Of a stretch of DNA of 64,000 nucleotides, positions 48,410-56,288 are shown piece by piece (positions within the stretch are counted from its first letter, which is position 1; every line of letters starts with the position of its first letter). Position numbers and translations under genes: made by a program. The notes below the pieces were generated by a model. That model did not search any database and was not told the origin of the DNA. It worked only from the letters and a program-made list of their open reading frames with translations. Where the stretch lies: positions 1,047 through 65,046 of the IMG/VR virus record IMGVR_UViG_3300021502_000037; one strand, written 5' to 3'. The DNA is from a virus. Lineage: Duplodnaviria > Caudoviricetes.

Positions 48410-49979
48410 GGATGTAAAAATATTAGAAGAAGCAGGTTATAAACACGCATTATATGGTATATCTTTGAGTTATAATAAAGATATAGAAAATATGGAGAAA
48501 GTTTCTAAATCTTTGTGTAAATTAGATGGTGGCCATAATAAATTTTTAGAAAGTATTGTGGTATGGTTAGAAATAAATGCTGCTAGATATTGGTGGCAAG
48601 AATTTGATACATATAGAGTTGGTATCACCAAACAATCTGAGTGTTTTGATGATAAAACTGAAATCTTAACTTTAGATGGTTGGAAATATTTTAAAAATTT
48701 AAAAAATGAAGATTTATTTTGTACGATGAATATAAAAAATAGAAATATAGAATATCAGAAAGCAACTAATTATATAGAGAATGATTTTAATGGGGAGGTA
48801 CTTTCTATTAATGGTAAATCAATAGATTTAATTGTAACTAAAAATCATAATATGGTAATAAAATGTAGACGAAGTGAAAATTTGAGAATTATACCCGCTG
48901 ATAAATTTACACATTCACATGGTATTCCAAAGAAAGCAATATGGAAGGGTAAAGAGGTGTCAGAGTTTATACTACCTATGGTACAGAAAGAAACGAAATA
49001 CTCTACATTTTACCCAGAAAAAAAAATTAATATGGATTTATGGTTAAAATTTTTTGGTTTTTGGTTGGCAGAAGGATGTGTTTTTTGTAATCGTAATAAA
49101 AAAAATTACATATCATCCGCTTGTCAAGTTGAGGATAGTAAATATATACCTGAAATAGATGCAATTTTTGATGAATTACCCTTTAAGGTTTATAGATATG
49201 TTGAGAAGAGAAAAGATAAGAAATCAATAATTGTATGGAAAATTTCTAATAAACAGTTATATTTTTATTTATTAGAATATAAAGGAGCATTGAATAAATA
49301 TATAAATAAAGATTTACTTACTTTATCTAAAAGACAATTAAACATTCTTGAAAAATGGTTAATGGTTGGAGATGGTTGTGTTACTTTTAAGCACTATATT
49401 TACATTTCAATTAGTAAAAAATTAATTGATACTGTTCAAGAACTATGGTTAAAATTAGGGTATTCCTCTTCTATTAGAATTCATCGTGAAGCTCAAAATA
49501 ATTGTAAACGTGTTTATTCAATTGCAAGACATAGAACGTCTTATGCATATGCTTTGAAAAATAATATAAAAAAAGTAAATTATAAAGGTAAAATTTATTG
49601 TGTTGAGGTTCCTAATCATATTATTTTAGCTCGTAGAAATGGAAAGATAGTATGGACTGGTAATTCAACAATACATACACTTTTAAAAAGTAGATTAACT
49701 CAAAATAATTTTGAATCTGATATACCAGAAAAATTTTTAAATTATTTAAATACAATTATTACTAATTATCATAATAGTAAGAATAAAAATAAAGCTGAAT
49801 TTACAAAGGAAATAAAAAATATCCTTCCAGAAGGTTTTTTACAGCGAAGAATTGTGTGCACAAATTATAAAGTTTTAAAAAACATGATTAATCAAAGAAA
49901 GAATCATACTTTAGGTGGTTGGAAAATGTTTATAAATCATTTAAAAAATAATTTAGAACATTCAGATTTAATATTTTAA
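48408..49979 (+). CDS. thyX: ThyX-like flavin-dependent thymidylate synthase homologue containing an intein
   Basis: GGHNKFLE, RYWWQEFDTYR, SE|STIH, LPEGF.Q.R....NYK.L.N...QRK.H...W. Spliced product about 182 aa. Confidence 0.7.
   Translation: MDVKILEEAGYKHALYGISLSYNKDIENMEKVSKSLCKLDGGHNKFLESIVVWLEINAARYWWQEFDTYRVGITKQSECFDDKTEILTLDGWKYFKNLKNEDLFCTMNIKNRNIEYQKATNYIENDFNGEVLSINGKSIDLIVTKNHNMVIKCRRSENLRIIPADKFTHSHGIPKKAIWKGKEVSEFILPMVQKETKYSTFYPEKKINMDLWLKFFGFWLAEGCVFCNRNKKNYISSACQVEDSKYIPEIDAIFDELPFKVYRYVEKRKDKKSIIVWKISNKQLYFYLLEYKGALNKYINKDLLTLSKRQLNILEKWLMVGDGCVTFKHYIYISISKKLIDTVQELWLKLGYSSSIRIHREAQNNCKRVYSIARHRTSYAYALKNNIKKVNYKGKIYCVEVPNHIILARRNGKIVWTGNSTIHTLLKSRLTQNNFESDIPEKFLNYLNTIITNYHNSKNKNKAEFTKEIKNILPEGFLQRRIVCTNYKVLKNMINQRKNHTLGGWKMFINHLKNNLEHSDLIF
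48642..49664 (+). mobile_element. Intein with LAGLIDADG endonuclease (341 aa)
   Basis: Starts CFDD, ends WTGN|S. Blocks FFGFWLAEG and LMVGDG. Confidence 0.92.
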
Positions 49980-50025
49980 TTTAATTAGCGGTTGATTAAA
50001 TAACCAATCGCTAATTAAATTAAAA
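49974..50025. terminator. Long inverted repeat (21-bp stem, 10-nt loop) after thyX; terminator or processing hairpin
   Basis: ttttaatttaattagcggttg ... caatcgctaattaaattaaaa. Confidence 0.6.
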
Positions 50026-50027
50026 AA

Positions 50028-50201
50028 TAACTTGACAAAATTATTTAGATGATTATATTTATAGAAGGTTAATAACACCCTAAATCACCGGCGCCGGCTG
50101 TTTGGCGTCCGGTGTATTTGATTGTTATGAAAAATAAAACTTGACATTAATAAACTAAGCATTATATTATTAGATAAGGTTAATTAAGCAAAGGTAGTTC
50201 A
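50028..50201 (+). repeat. Dual-promoter/hairpin cassette, copy 2
   Basis: TTGACA at 50032 and 50141, hairpin at 50082-50119, continues into the tRNA-like RNA. Confidence 0.85.
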
Positions 50202-50261
50202 ATGTAGAATATTCGGTGACCAGCCGGAAGATGCAGGTGCAATTCCTGCCCTTTTGCTCCA
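50188..50261 (+). tRNA. Non-canonical tRNA-Gly(ACC)-like RNA
   Basis: Cloverleaf GCAAAGG/CTTTTGC, U73, encoded CCA. Anticodon arm TTCGG-TGACCAG-CCGGA; T arm GCAGG-TGCAATT-CCTGC. Confidence 0.7.
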
Positions 50262-50277
50262 AATAAAATAAAATAAA

Positions 50278-50964
50278 ATGATTAAACATAAAGATTTAAT
50301 GGGCAAAACATTCGGGAGATTAAAAGTTATTGGAAAGGAAGGCCCAGCAAAAAATAGAATAATGCAATGGTTATGTGAATGTTCGTGTGGCAATATATTA
50401 ATAGTAAGATCCAATCATCTTATACATGGGCATACAAGAAGTTGTGGATGTTTACAGAAAGAAAAAGTTACGGATGTTTTTATTCCAGATCTTATTGGAA
50501 AAAAATTTGGTAGACTTACAGTGCTGAGTTTAAGTAAAAAAAGAAAAAATAGAGCTGCAGTATGGAGATGTAAATGTGATTGTGGGAATTATACAGAAGT
50601 AATAACATCATGTCTTATAATTGGACATACAAAATCGTGTGGCTGTCTTCAAACAGAATCTTGTTCTGGTGATAATAATTTTAATTGGAGAGATGACACC
50701 TCAAAAGGAATTTATTGTCGAGACTGGACTAATGATTTAAAAGATTGTGTTAAAGAACGTGATGAATATAAATGTTTAAATCCTGATTGTTGGGGTAAAG
50801 ATAAGACATTATCTGTTCATCATATTAATTATAATAAAAAATCTTGTGGTCTAGAAAATCTTATTACAGTTTGCAGATCTTGTAATACTAGAGCAAATAC
50901 AGATAGAGAATGGCACGAGGCTTGGTATAAAGCAATTTTATATAGTAGATATGGTTATATTTAA
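50278..50964 (+). CDS. HNH homing endonuclease with FGRL.V...W.C.C.CG repeats
   Basis: Two DL.GK.FGRL.V...W.C.C.CG...SCGCLQ repeats plus the same HNH tail as 4262 and 44806. Confidence 0.85.
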   Translation: MIKHKDLMGKTFGRLKVIGKEGPAKNRIMQWLCECSCGNILIVRSNHLIHGHTRSCGCLQKEKVTDVFIPDLIGKKFGRLTVLSLSKKRKNRAAVWRCKCDCGNYTEVITSCLIIGHTKSCGCLQTESCSGDNNFNWRDDTSKGIYCRDWTNDLKDCVKERDEYKCLNPDCWGKDKTLSVHHINYNKKSCGLENLITVCRSCNTRANTDREWHEAWYKAILYSRYGYI

Positions 50965-50965
50965 C

Positions 50966-50993
50966 TTGACAATGTTAATATATGTATTATATT
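50966..50993 (+). promoter_or_regulatory. sigma70-like promoter for the second tRNA-like RNA
   Basis: TTGACA-N16-TATATT. Confidence 0.7.
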
Positions 50994-51010
50994 ATATGTA
51001 AGGTGAATGA

Positions 51011-51084
51011 GCAAAAGTAGTTTAATGTAAAATATCTGATGACCAATCAGAAGATGTTGGTTCAATTCCTGTCCTTTTGCTCCA
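51011..51084 (+). tRNA. Second tRNA-Gly(ACC)-like RNA (weaker T stem)
   Basis: GCAAAAG/CTTTTGC, U73, CCA. Anticodon arm TCTGA-TGACCAA-TCAGA, with compensatory changes relative to copy 1. Confidence 0.62.
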
Positions 51085-51120
51085 AATAATTAATTTTAAA
51101 TGTTAAGGAAAAATTATGAA

Positions 51121-51600
51121 CAGCTTTAGAGCCGCAATCCCAGAAAGGTCTTCGGGGTTAGGCTCTTGACAAATGAAATTTAATACTTATTATTAATTTA
51201 AAGGGAAAATTTATGATAACAAGAGAATTAAAATTACAATTACAATTAAAAACTAAGCAGAAAAACTTATGCAATTTAATAGGTATTTCTCAATTAAGAC
51301 AATTTATTTCCTACAAGAGTGACATACACGGTAGAAAATGTGTTTTAGTTGATTCAAAATATACCACCATGACTTGTTCAATTTGTGGAGTCAAAACTGG
51401 TCCTACAAGTTTAAACGGGCTTGCTGTAAGAAATTGGGAGTGTAGTGCTTGTGGAGCACAACATGACCGCGACATTAATGCGGCTAATGTAATTCTCAAT
51501 TTTGGGCTGGGATACAGCCTCGATAACGCTGCAACCCACGCCTGTAAAGGGCCGGGGATTTGTAAACTGGAATCGTCGGGCGGTGCCCGATGAGTATCAA
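51121..51600 (+). mobile_element. IS200/IS605-family element (480 bp) with internally deleted tnpB, inserted 3' of ATGAA
   Basis: Left end has CAAT at +15..18 before a hairpin. Right end GAAT + CGTCGGGC-GGT-GCCCGATG hairpin + AGTATCAA. No target duplication. Confidence 0.88.
51213..51593 (+). pseudogene. tnpB: Internally deleted TnpB
   Basis: N-terminal MITRELKL fused to the C-terminal YK...VD..YTT.TCSICG...W.CSACG..HDRDINAA. RuvC-I and RuvC-II are missing. Confidence 0.85.
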
Positions 51601-53773
51601 AATAAAAGGTATAAAATATGTGGGGCCACTAACAGATGGTTCTGGTTATGGAAAAGCTTGTAGAGAAAATATAAAAGCACTATTATCTGTTGGAGTAAAT
51701 TTAACATTATCTCCTATATCTTTTGAAACAATTAGACCAGATTTAGGTGGTGATGGTGAAATATTAAAAAAATTAATAAATAAATCTATAGATTATAATA
51801 TAGTTATTATTCATACAACACCTGAATTTTGGGAAAAATATAGAGAAGATGGTAAATTAAATTTGGGATACACTATATGGGAAACTACAAAATTACATCC
51901 GGCGTGGAAAGATTATATTAATAATAATGTTGAAAAAGTTTTGGTAGGTTGTGAATGGAATGTAGATGTCTTTAAAGAAAGCGGAATAACATTACCAATA
52001 GAAGTTATTCCACATCCAATAAATATACCAGATGAAAATGTAAAAGCATTCAATATAAATGGTGTTTCTGATGATACTTTTACATTCTACAGTATTTTTC
52101 AATGGTGTTACGATGATAAAACTAGGGTATTAACTGAAGACGGATTTAAATATTTTAAAGATTTAACATATGATGATAAGTTGGCTACATTAAATTTAAA
52201 TACGGAGGAATTAGAATATCATAAACCAGATAATCTTGTAAGTTTCGATAGAAAAGATAAAATGATATCTATACAAGGTAATTTATTTGACGTTTGTGTT
52301 AATCCAGAACATAAAATGGTTGTTAGAAATGCGGACAGTAGTGATTGGTTTTTAAAACCTTTAAAAGATATGTTAAGTAGTAATAAAAAAAATGAATTAA
52401 TTGTTAGCGATAAATATAGAGCAAAGAAAAATTGTAAATGGTTTGGAGAAGAATGTGAAAACTTTTATTTACCTAAATATAAGCATGGTAAAGATGAAAA
52501 ATTAGATGAATTTACCATAATTTTAATGGACGACATGTTGGAATTTATAGGTTGGTATATTTCAGAAGGTTCCACCTATAAGGGTGAAAGTGGTTATGTT
52601 ACTACAATTACACAATCTAAAAGTGCTGTATATATAAAAGAAATTACAGAATGTATAAAACGTATGGGATTTACTCCTTTTAAAAGGGATAAGGATATTA
52701 GATTTAATTCTAAAGACATGTATTATTTGTTAAAAAATTTAGGTACATCTCAATATAAATTTATTTTTAATTGGGCAAAAAAATTAAGTTCAAGACAAAT
52801 AATTATTCTATTAACATCATTATTTAAAGGCGATGGTAGTTTATATGAGAATGGGGATTGGGTAAAGTATACTACAACGTCCAAAAAATTAGCAGAAGAT
52901 GTTCAGGAATGTTTGTTAAAAGTAGGAATGTCTGGAGCAATTTCTATATCAGATCCAACAAAAAAGAAACCTGGAACAATAGATGGAAGAGAAATTAGAG
53001 GAAAATTACTACAATATACTGTATCTGTGAATAGAAAATTTAATGAGCCGAGTATGTATTATGCAAATGTAAAAGAAATTAATTATGATGGTAAAATATA
53101 TTGTGCGGAAATAAAAAATCATACTATGTTAGTTGAACGTAATGGTAAAATATTATTTTCTGGGAATACAGAAAGGAAAAATCCTGTAGCAGCTATAAAA
53201 GCCTATTGGTATGCTTTTCAAAATGATGAGAATGTAGCATTAGTATTAAAAACATATAGAAGTGACTATTCTGAACAAGAAAAAGAAGCAATTAGAAGGA
53301 CACTTAATAGGTTAAAAGATATTATGCCTATGGATACTTATCCAAAAATATATTTAATTCCAGATTTATTGACAGATAATGAAATAAATGGTTTACATAA
53401 ACGTGGGGATTGTTATTTAAGTACAGACCGTGGTGAAGGTTTTGGTTTAAGTGGTGCTGCTGCTGGTTCTTTTGGCAATCCAATAATGGTAACAGGTTTT
53501 GGCGGGGCTTTAGAATATGCTAAAGAAGATAATAGTTATTTAATTGATTATCAGTTAACACCGGTTTTCGGACAGCCATGGAGTCCGTGGTATAAGGGTA
53601 CTCAACTATGGGCGGAAACAAGTGTATTACACACATCTCAGTTATTAAGACATGTTTATGAAAATCAAGATGAAGCAAAACAAAAAGGTTTAAAGTTACA
53701 AAAATTTATAAAAGATAATTTATCTTATGAAACTATAGGTAATAAAATAATTAAAGAAATTGAGATGATATAG
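51590..53773 (+). CDS. GT4-family glycosyltransferase containing an intein
   Basis: SGYG, YTIWET, FQW|TERKN, RGEGFGL motifs. The start MSI is supplied by the IS right end. Confidence 0.88.
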   Translation: MSIKIKGIKYVGPLTDGSGYGKACRENIKALLSVGVNLTLSPISFETIRPDLGGDGEILKKLINKSIDYNIVIIHTTPEFWEKYREDGKLNLGYTIWETTKLHPAWKDYINNNVEKVLVGCEWNVDVFKESGITLPIEVIPHPINIPDENVKAFNINGVSDDTFTFYSIFQWCYDDKTRVLTEDGFKYFKDLTYDDKLATLNLNTEELEYHKPDNLVSFDRKDKMISIQGNLFDVCVNPEHKMVVRNADSSDWFLKPLKDMLSSNKKNELIVSDKYRAKKNCKWFGEECENFYLPKYKHGKDEKLDEFTIILMDDMLEFIGWYISEGSTYKGESGYVTTITQSKSAVYIKEITECIKRMGFTPFKRDKDIRFNSKDMYYLLKNLGTSQYKFIFNWAKKLSSRQIIILLTSLFKGDGSLYENGDWVKYTTTSKKLAEDVQECLLKVGMSGAISISDPTKKKPGTIDGREIRGKLLQYTVSVNRKFNEPSMYYANVKEINYDGKIYCAEIKNHTMLVERNGKILFSGNTERKNPVAAIKAYWYAFQNDENVALVLKTYRSDYSEQEKEAIRRTLNRLKDIMPMDTYPKIYLIPDLLTDNEINGLHKRGDCYLSTDRGEGFGLSGAAAGSFGNPIMVTGFGGALEYAKEDNSYLIDYQLTPVFGQPWSPWYKGTQLWAETSVLHTSQLLRHVYENQDEAKQKGLKLQKFIKDNLSYETIGNKIIKEIEMI
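52106..53167 (+). mobile_element. Intein with LAGLIDADG endonuclease (354 aa)
   Basis: Starts CYDD, ends FSGN|T. Blocks FIGWYISEG and LFKGDG. Confidence 0.92.
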
Positions 53774-53776
53774 CTT

Positions 53777-55126
53777 GTGTTTAAAAAATTAAATATTGAA
53801 GATATAAGAAAAGAATTTAAAGATAAAGGTAAAACTTTAATTACTGAAATTTATATTAATAGTAAGCAATCATTAGATTATATTTGTAAAAATGGACATA
53901 AACATCATATGAGAATTGACCATTTACGAAGTGGTGTTGATTGCCCTTATTGTAATGGTATGGCCAAAAAATCAATAGAAAAAATAAAACCGTATTTTTC
54001 TATAGAAGGGTATGAATTGCTTTCAGATGCATACGAAAATGCTTTTGGAGAATTAATTTGTAAATGTAAATTAGGTCATGTATTTAAAACTACTTGGCAT
54101 AGTTGGAGCTCTAGTAAAAACAGGTGTCCAATATGTAATAAAGGTGTTAGATTTGATTTTGATATAGTTAAAAAAGATATTGAAGATGGTGGTTATGAAT
54201 TAATAACTACTGAATATATTAATTCAGCACAAATTTTACATACTAAATGTCCCAAAAATCATGATTACTTTGTTAATTTTGGAAATTGGAAGCATAAAAA
54301 ATCTAGATGTCCGCGTTGTTCAGGTAATGGTGCTTCTTCTCCAGAATATATTATAAGGGAATTTTTAGATATAAATAATATTGATTATTTAATTAATGAT
54401 AAAAAAATTATTGCTCCATATGAATTAGATATAGTTATCCAAGATAAAAAGATTGCTATAGAATATTGTGGTTTATATTGGCATTCTGAAAGTAAAGGAA
54501 AATGTAATGATTATCATATACACAAATATAATTTATGTAAAGAAAAAGGTTATAGGCTAATAACAATTTTTGAAGATGAGTATATATTTAATTATGATGT
54601 AGTTAAATACAATCTTAATTCTATTTTGAAATTGAATAATATTAAAACAAAACAATTAACTAATTATAATATTATAGAAGTATCAAATATAGAAGCGAAA
54701 GTGTTTTTTAATAAAAATTCATTTATAGGTTGTTATGCAGATACAGATATAAAGTTAGGTATATTTATAAACGGTAATTTGGTGGGTGTTGGTTTATTTT
54801 CTTATCAAAACTCTGATAATTATTTATTAATTGGGTTTTGTTCTAACATGGTATATAGAAAAAGAGATATTTTATTTAAAATTATAGAGTATTTTAAAAT
54901 TAATTATAGGTGGAGAACTATTTCTGTAGAAGTTGATAAAAGATGGTATAGCGGTGACATATTTTACAGATTAGGATTTGATTTTATAAAAATTATTAAA
55001 CCTATTAGTTGGAATTTTAAATCGAAGAAAAGAGTAACTAATAAAATAAAAGATATAAATTATGATAAGATTTGGGATTGTGGTAAAAATAAATATATGT
55101 TAAAAAATAGAATGGAGTTAACATGA
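53777..55126 (+). CDS. Zn-ribbon-repeat/Vsr-like homing endonuclease with Hef-like C-terminus
   Basis: Three C..(G/N)H...CP.C repeats, ELDI...IAIEYCGLYWHS, IFEDE, VDKRW, IWDCG. Confidence 0.75.
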   Translation: MFKKLNIEDIRKEFKDKGKTLITEIYINSKQSLDYICKNGHKHHMRIDHLRSGVDCPYCNGMAKKSIEKIKPYFSIEGYELLSDAYENAFGELICKCKLGHVFKTTWHSWSSSKNRCPICNKGVRFDFDIVKKDIEDGGYELITTEYINSAQILHTKCPKNHDYFVNFGNWKHKKSRCPRCSGNGASSPEYIIREFLDINNIDYLINDKKIIAPYELDIVIQDKKIAIEYCGLYWHSESKGKCNDYHIHKYNLCKEKGYRLITIFEDEYIFNYDVVKYNLNSILKLNNIKTKQLTNYNIIEVSNIEAKVFFNKNSFIGCYADTDIKLGIFINGNLVGVGLFSYQNSDNYLLIGFCSNMVYRKRDILFKIIEYFKINYRWRTISVEVDKRWYSGDIFYRLGFDFIKIIKPISWNFKSKKRVTNKIKDINYDKIWDCGKNKYMLKNRMELT

Positions 55127-55629
55127 AAAAAACATTAAATGTAGGTTGTGGCGAAAGAATTTTTAAAGAATATCCTGAAGGATATCAATGTATAAATTAT
55201 GATGAACGTAATCTTGATTGTGTTGATGTTGTTGGTGATGTAAGAAAATTAGATTTTCCAAATGAAGAGTTCGATTATATAATTGCATTTGATATTATAG
55301 AACATTTTAAAATTTCTGAAACGGTTAATATTTTAACCGAATGGAAAAGAGTACTTAAAGTTGGCGGTACTATAGAGTTTAGGCTGCCAAATTTGGAGGA
55401 AATATGTAAAGATTATTTGAAAAGAAAAGATGAGAATCGTGTTGATGGGGCTCCTATGGCACAGTACTTCTCTTGGCTGCTTTATGGAGGACAAGATTAT
55501 TCAGGTAACTTTCATTATATTGGGTTTGACCGTCGCCTTATTGCTTATGAATGTAATAAAGTCGGTCTGCTTGAGGTTTCTTGGAAGGCAGAAGGGTATA
55601 ATATGATAGTTAAGTGTAGGAGACCATAA
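55123..55629 (+). CDS. SAM-dependent methyltransferase (type 11)
   Basis: LNVGCG, GDVRKLDF...FD, IIEH, RVLKVGG. Confidence 0.88.
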   Translation: MKKTLNVGCGERIFKEYPEGYQCINYDERNLDCVDVVGDVRKLDFPNEEFDYIIAFDIIEHFKISETVNILTEWKRVLKVGGTIEFRLPNLEEICKDYLKRKDENRVDGAPMAQYFSWLLYGGQDYSGNFHYIGFDRRLIAYECNKVGLLEVSWKAEGYNMIVKCRRP

Positions 55630-56285
55630 TGATTAAAGTAATTAGTGCTAATTTTGTTAAGAATGAAGCGCACTGTATAGAAAGGATGCTTGACGGTGTG
55701 CAGCCTTATGTTTCTGAAAGTTATGTGCTTATAGACAGAGAAACTACAGATAATACTAAAGAGATATGTGAGGCTCGTGGTTGTATAGTAGATTATTTTG
55801 ATTTTGAAAATTTTTCTAAGGTATGGAACCAGTTATTGTATTGGGTTAATGACAAAAGCGATTGGACAGTTTTTATCGCCCCCGATGAGACTATAGACAA
55901 AAATTTTGGTGAAATGTTAGTTCCTTTGGCTAATAAAATTTCTAGTACAGAGGTAGATGGTGTGTGGTTTTCTAGACGACACTGGCTGGATTTAGAGAAA
56001 AAAGAAGAATACACTGCACAAAATTGGTATCCTGATTGGCAACTTAGGTTTATACGGAATGATTTTCCTAGAGTGCACCTACAGAATTATGTGCATGAGT
56101 GGTCGGTTGGCGTAAGAAAATCTATTAGAATGCCTGGAAAAGATATACATCACTACAATATGTATTGGAAACCGAAAATTGACTACGATTTTGAAAAGAT
56201 GAATCAGCTGTATGAGCGTTTGACGCGACAACAAAACGAAGACGGTGGACATAACATATGGCCAAATGAGTTTAAGAAGGAGTAA
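55629..56285 (+). CDS. GT2-family glycosyltransferase
   Basis: VKNE..CI, D..TTD.T, PDE, YPDWQLR, VHE. Confidence 0.82.
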   Translation: MIKVISANFVKNEAHCIERMLDGVQPYVSESYVLIDRETTDNTKEICEARGCIVDYFDFENFSKVWNQLLYWVNDKSDWTVFIAPDETIDKNFGEMLVPLANKISSTEVDGVWFSRRHWLDLEKKEEYTAQNWYPDWQLRFIRNDFPRVHLQNYVHEWSVGVRKSIRMPGKDIHHYNMYWKPKIDYDFEKMNQLYERLTRQQNEDGGHNIWPNEFKKE

Positions 56286-56288
56286 TAT

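Noticed and set aside
50216-50222. Reading the tRNA-like anticodon as GAC (Val)
   Set aside because: The 5-bp stems in both copies centre the 7-nt loop on ACC, and the acceptor identity elements are glycine-type.
50199-50414. 71-aa minus-strand ORF over the tRNA-like RNA
   Set aside because: It is the antisense reading of the tRNA-like sequence and the HNH gene start.
51121-51600. Group I intron/IStron explanation for the insertion
   Set aside because: There is no room or recognisable ribozyme core (one copy is only 65 bp). Gene rescue is explained by the new ATG.
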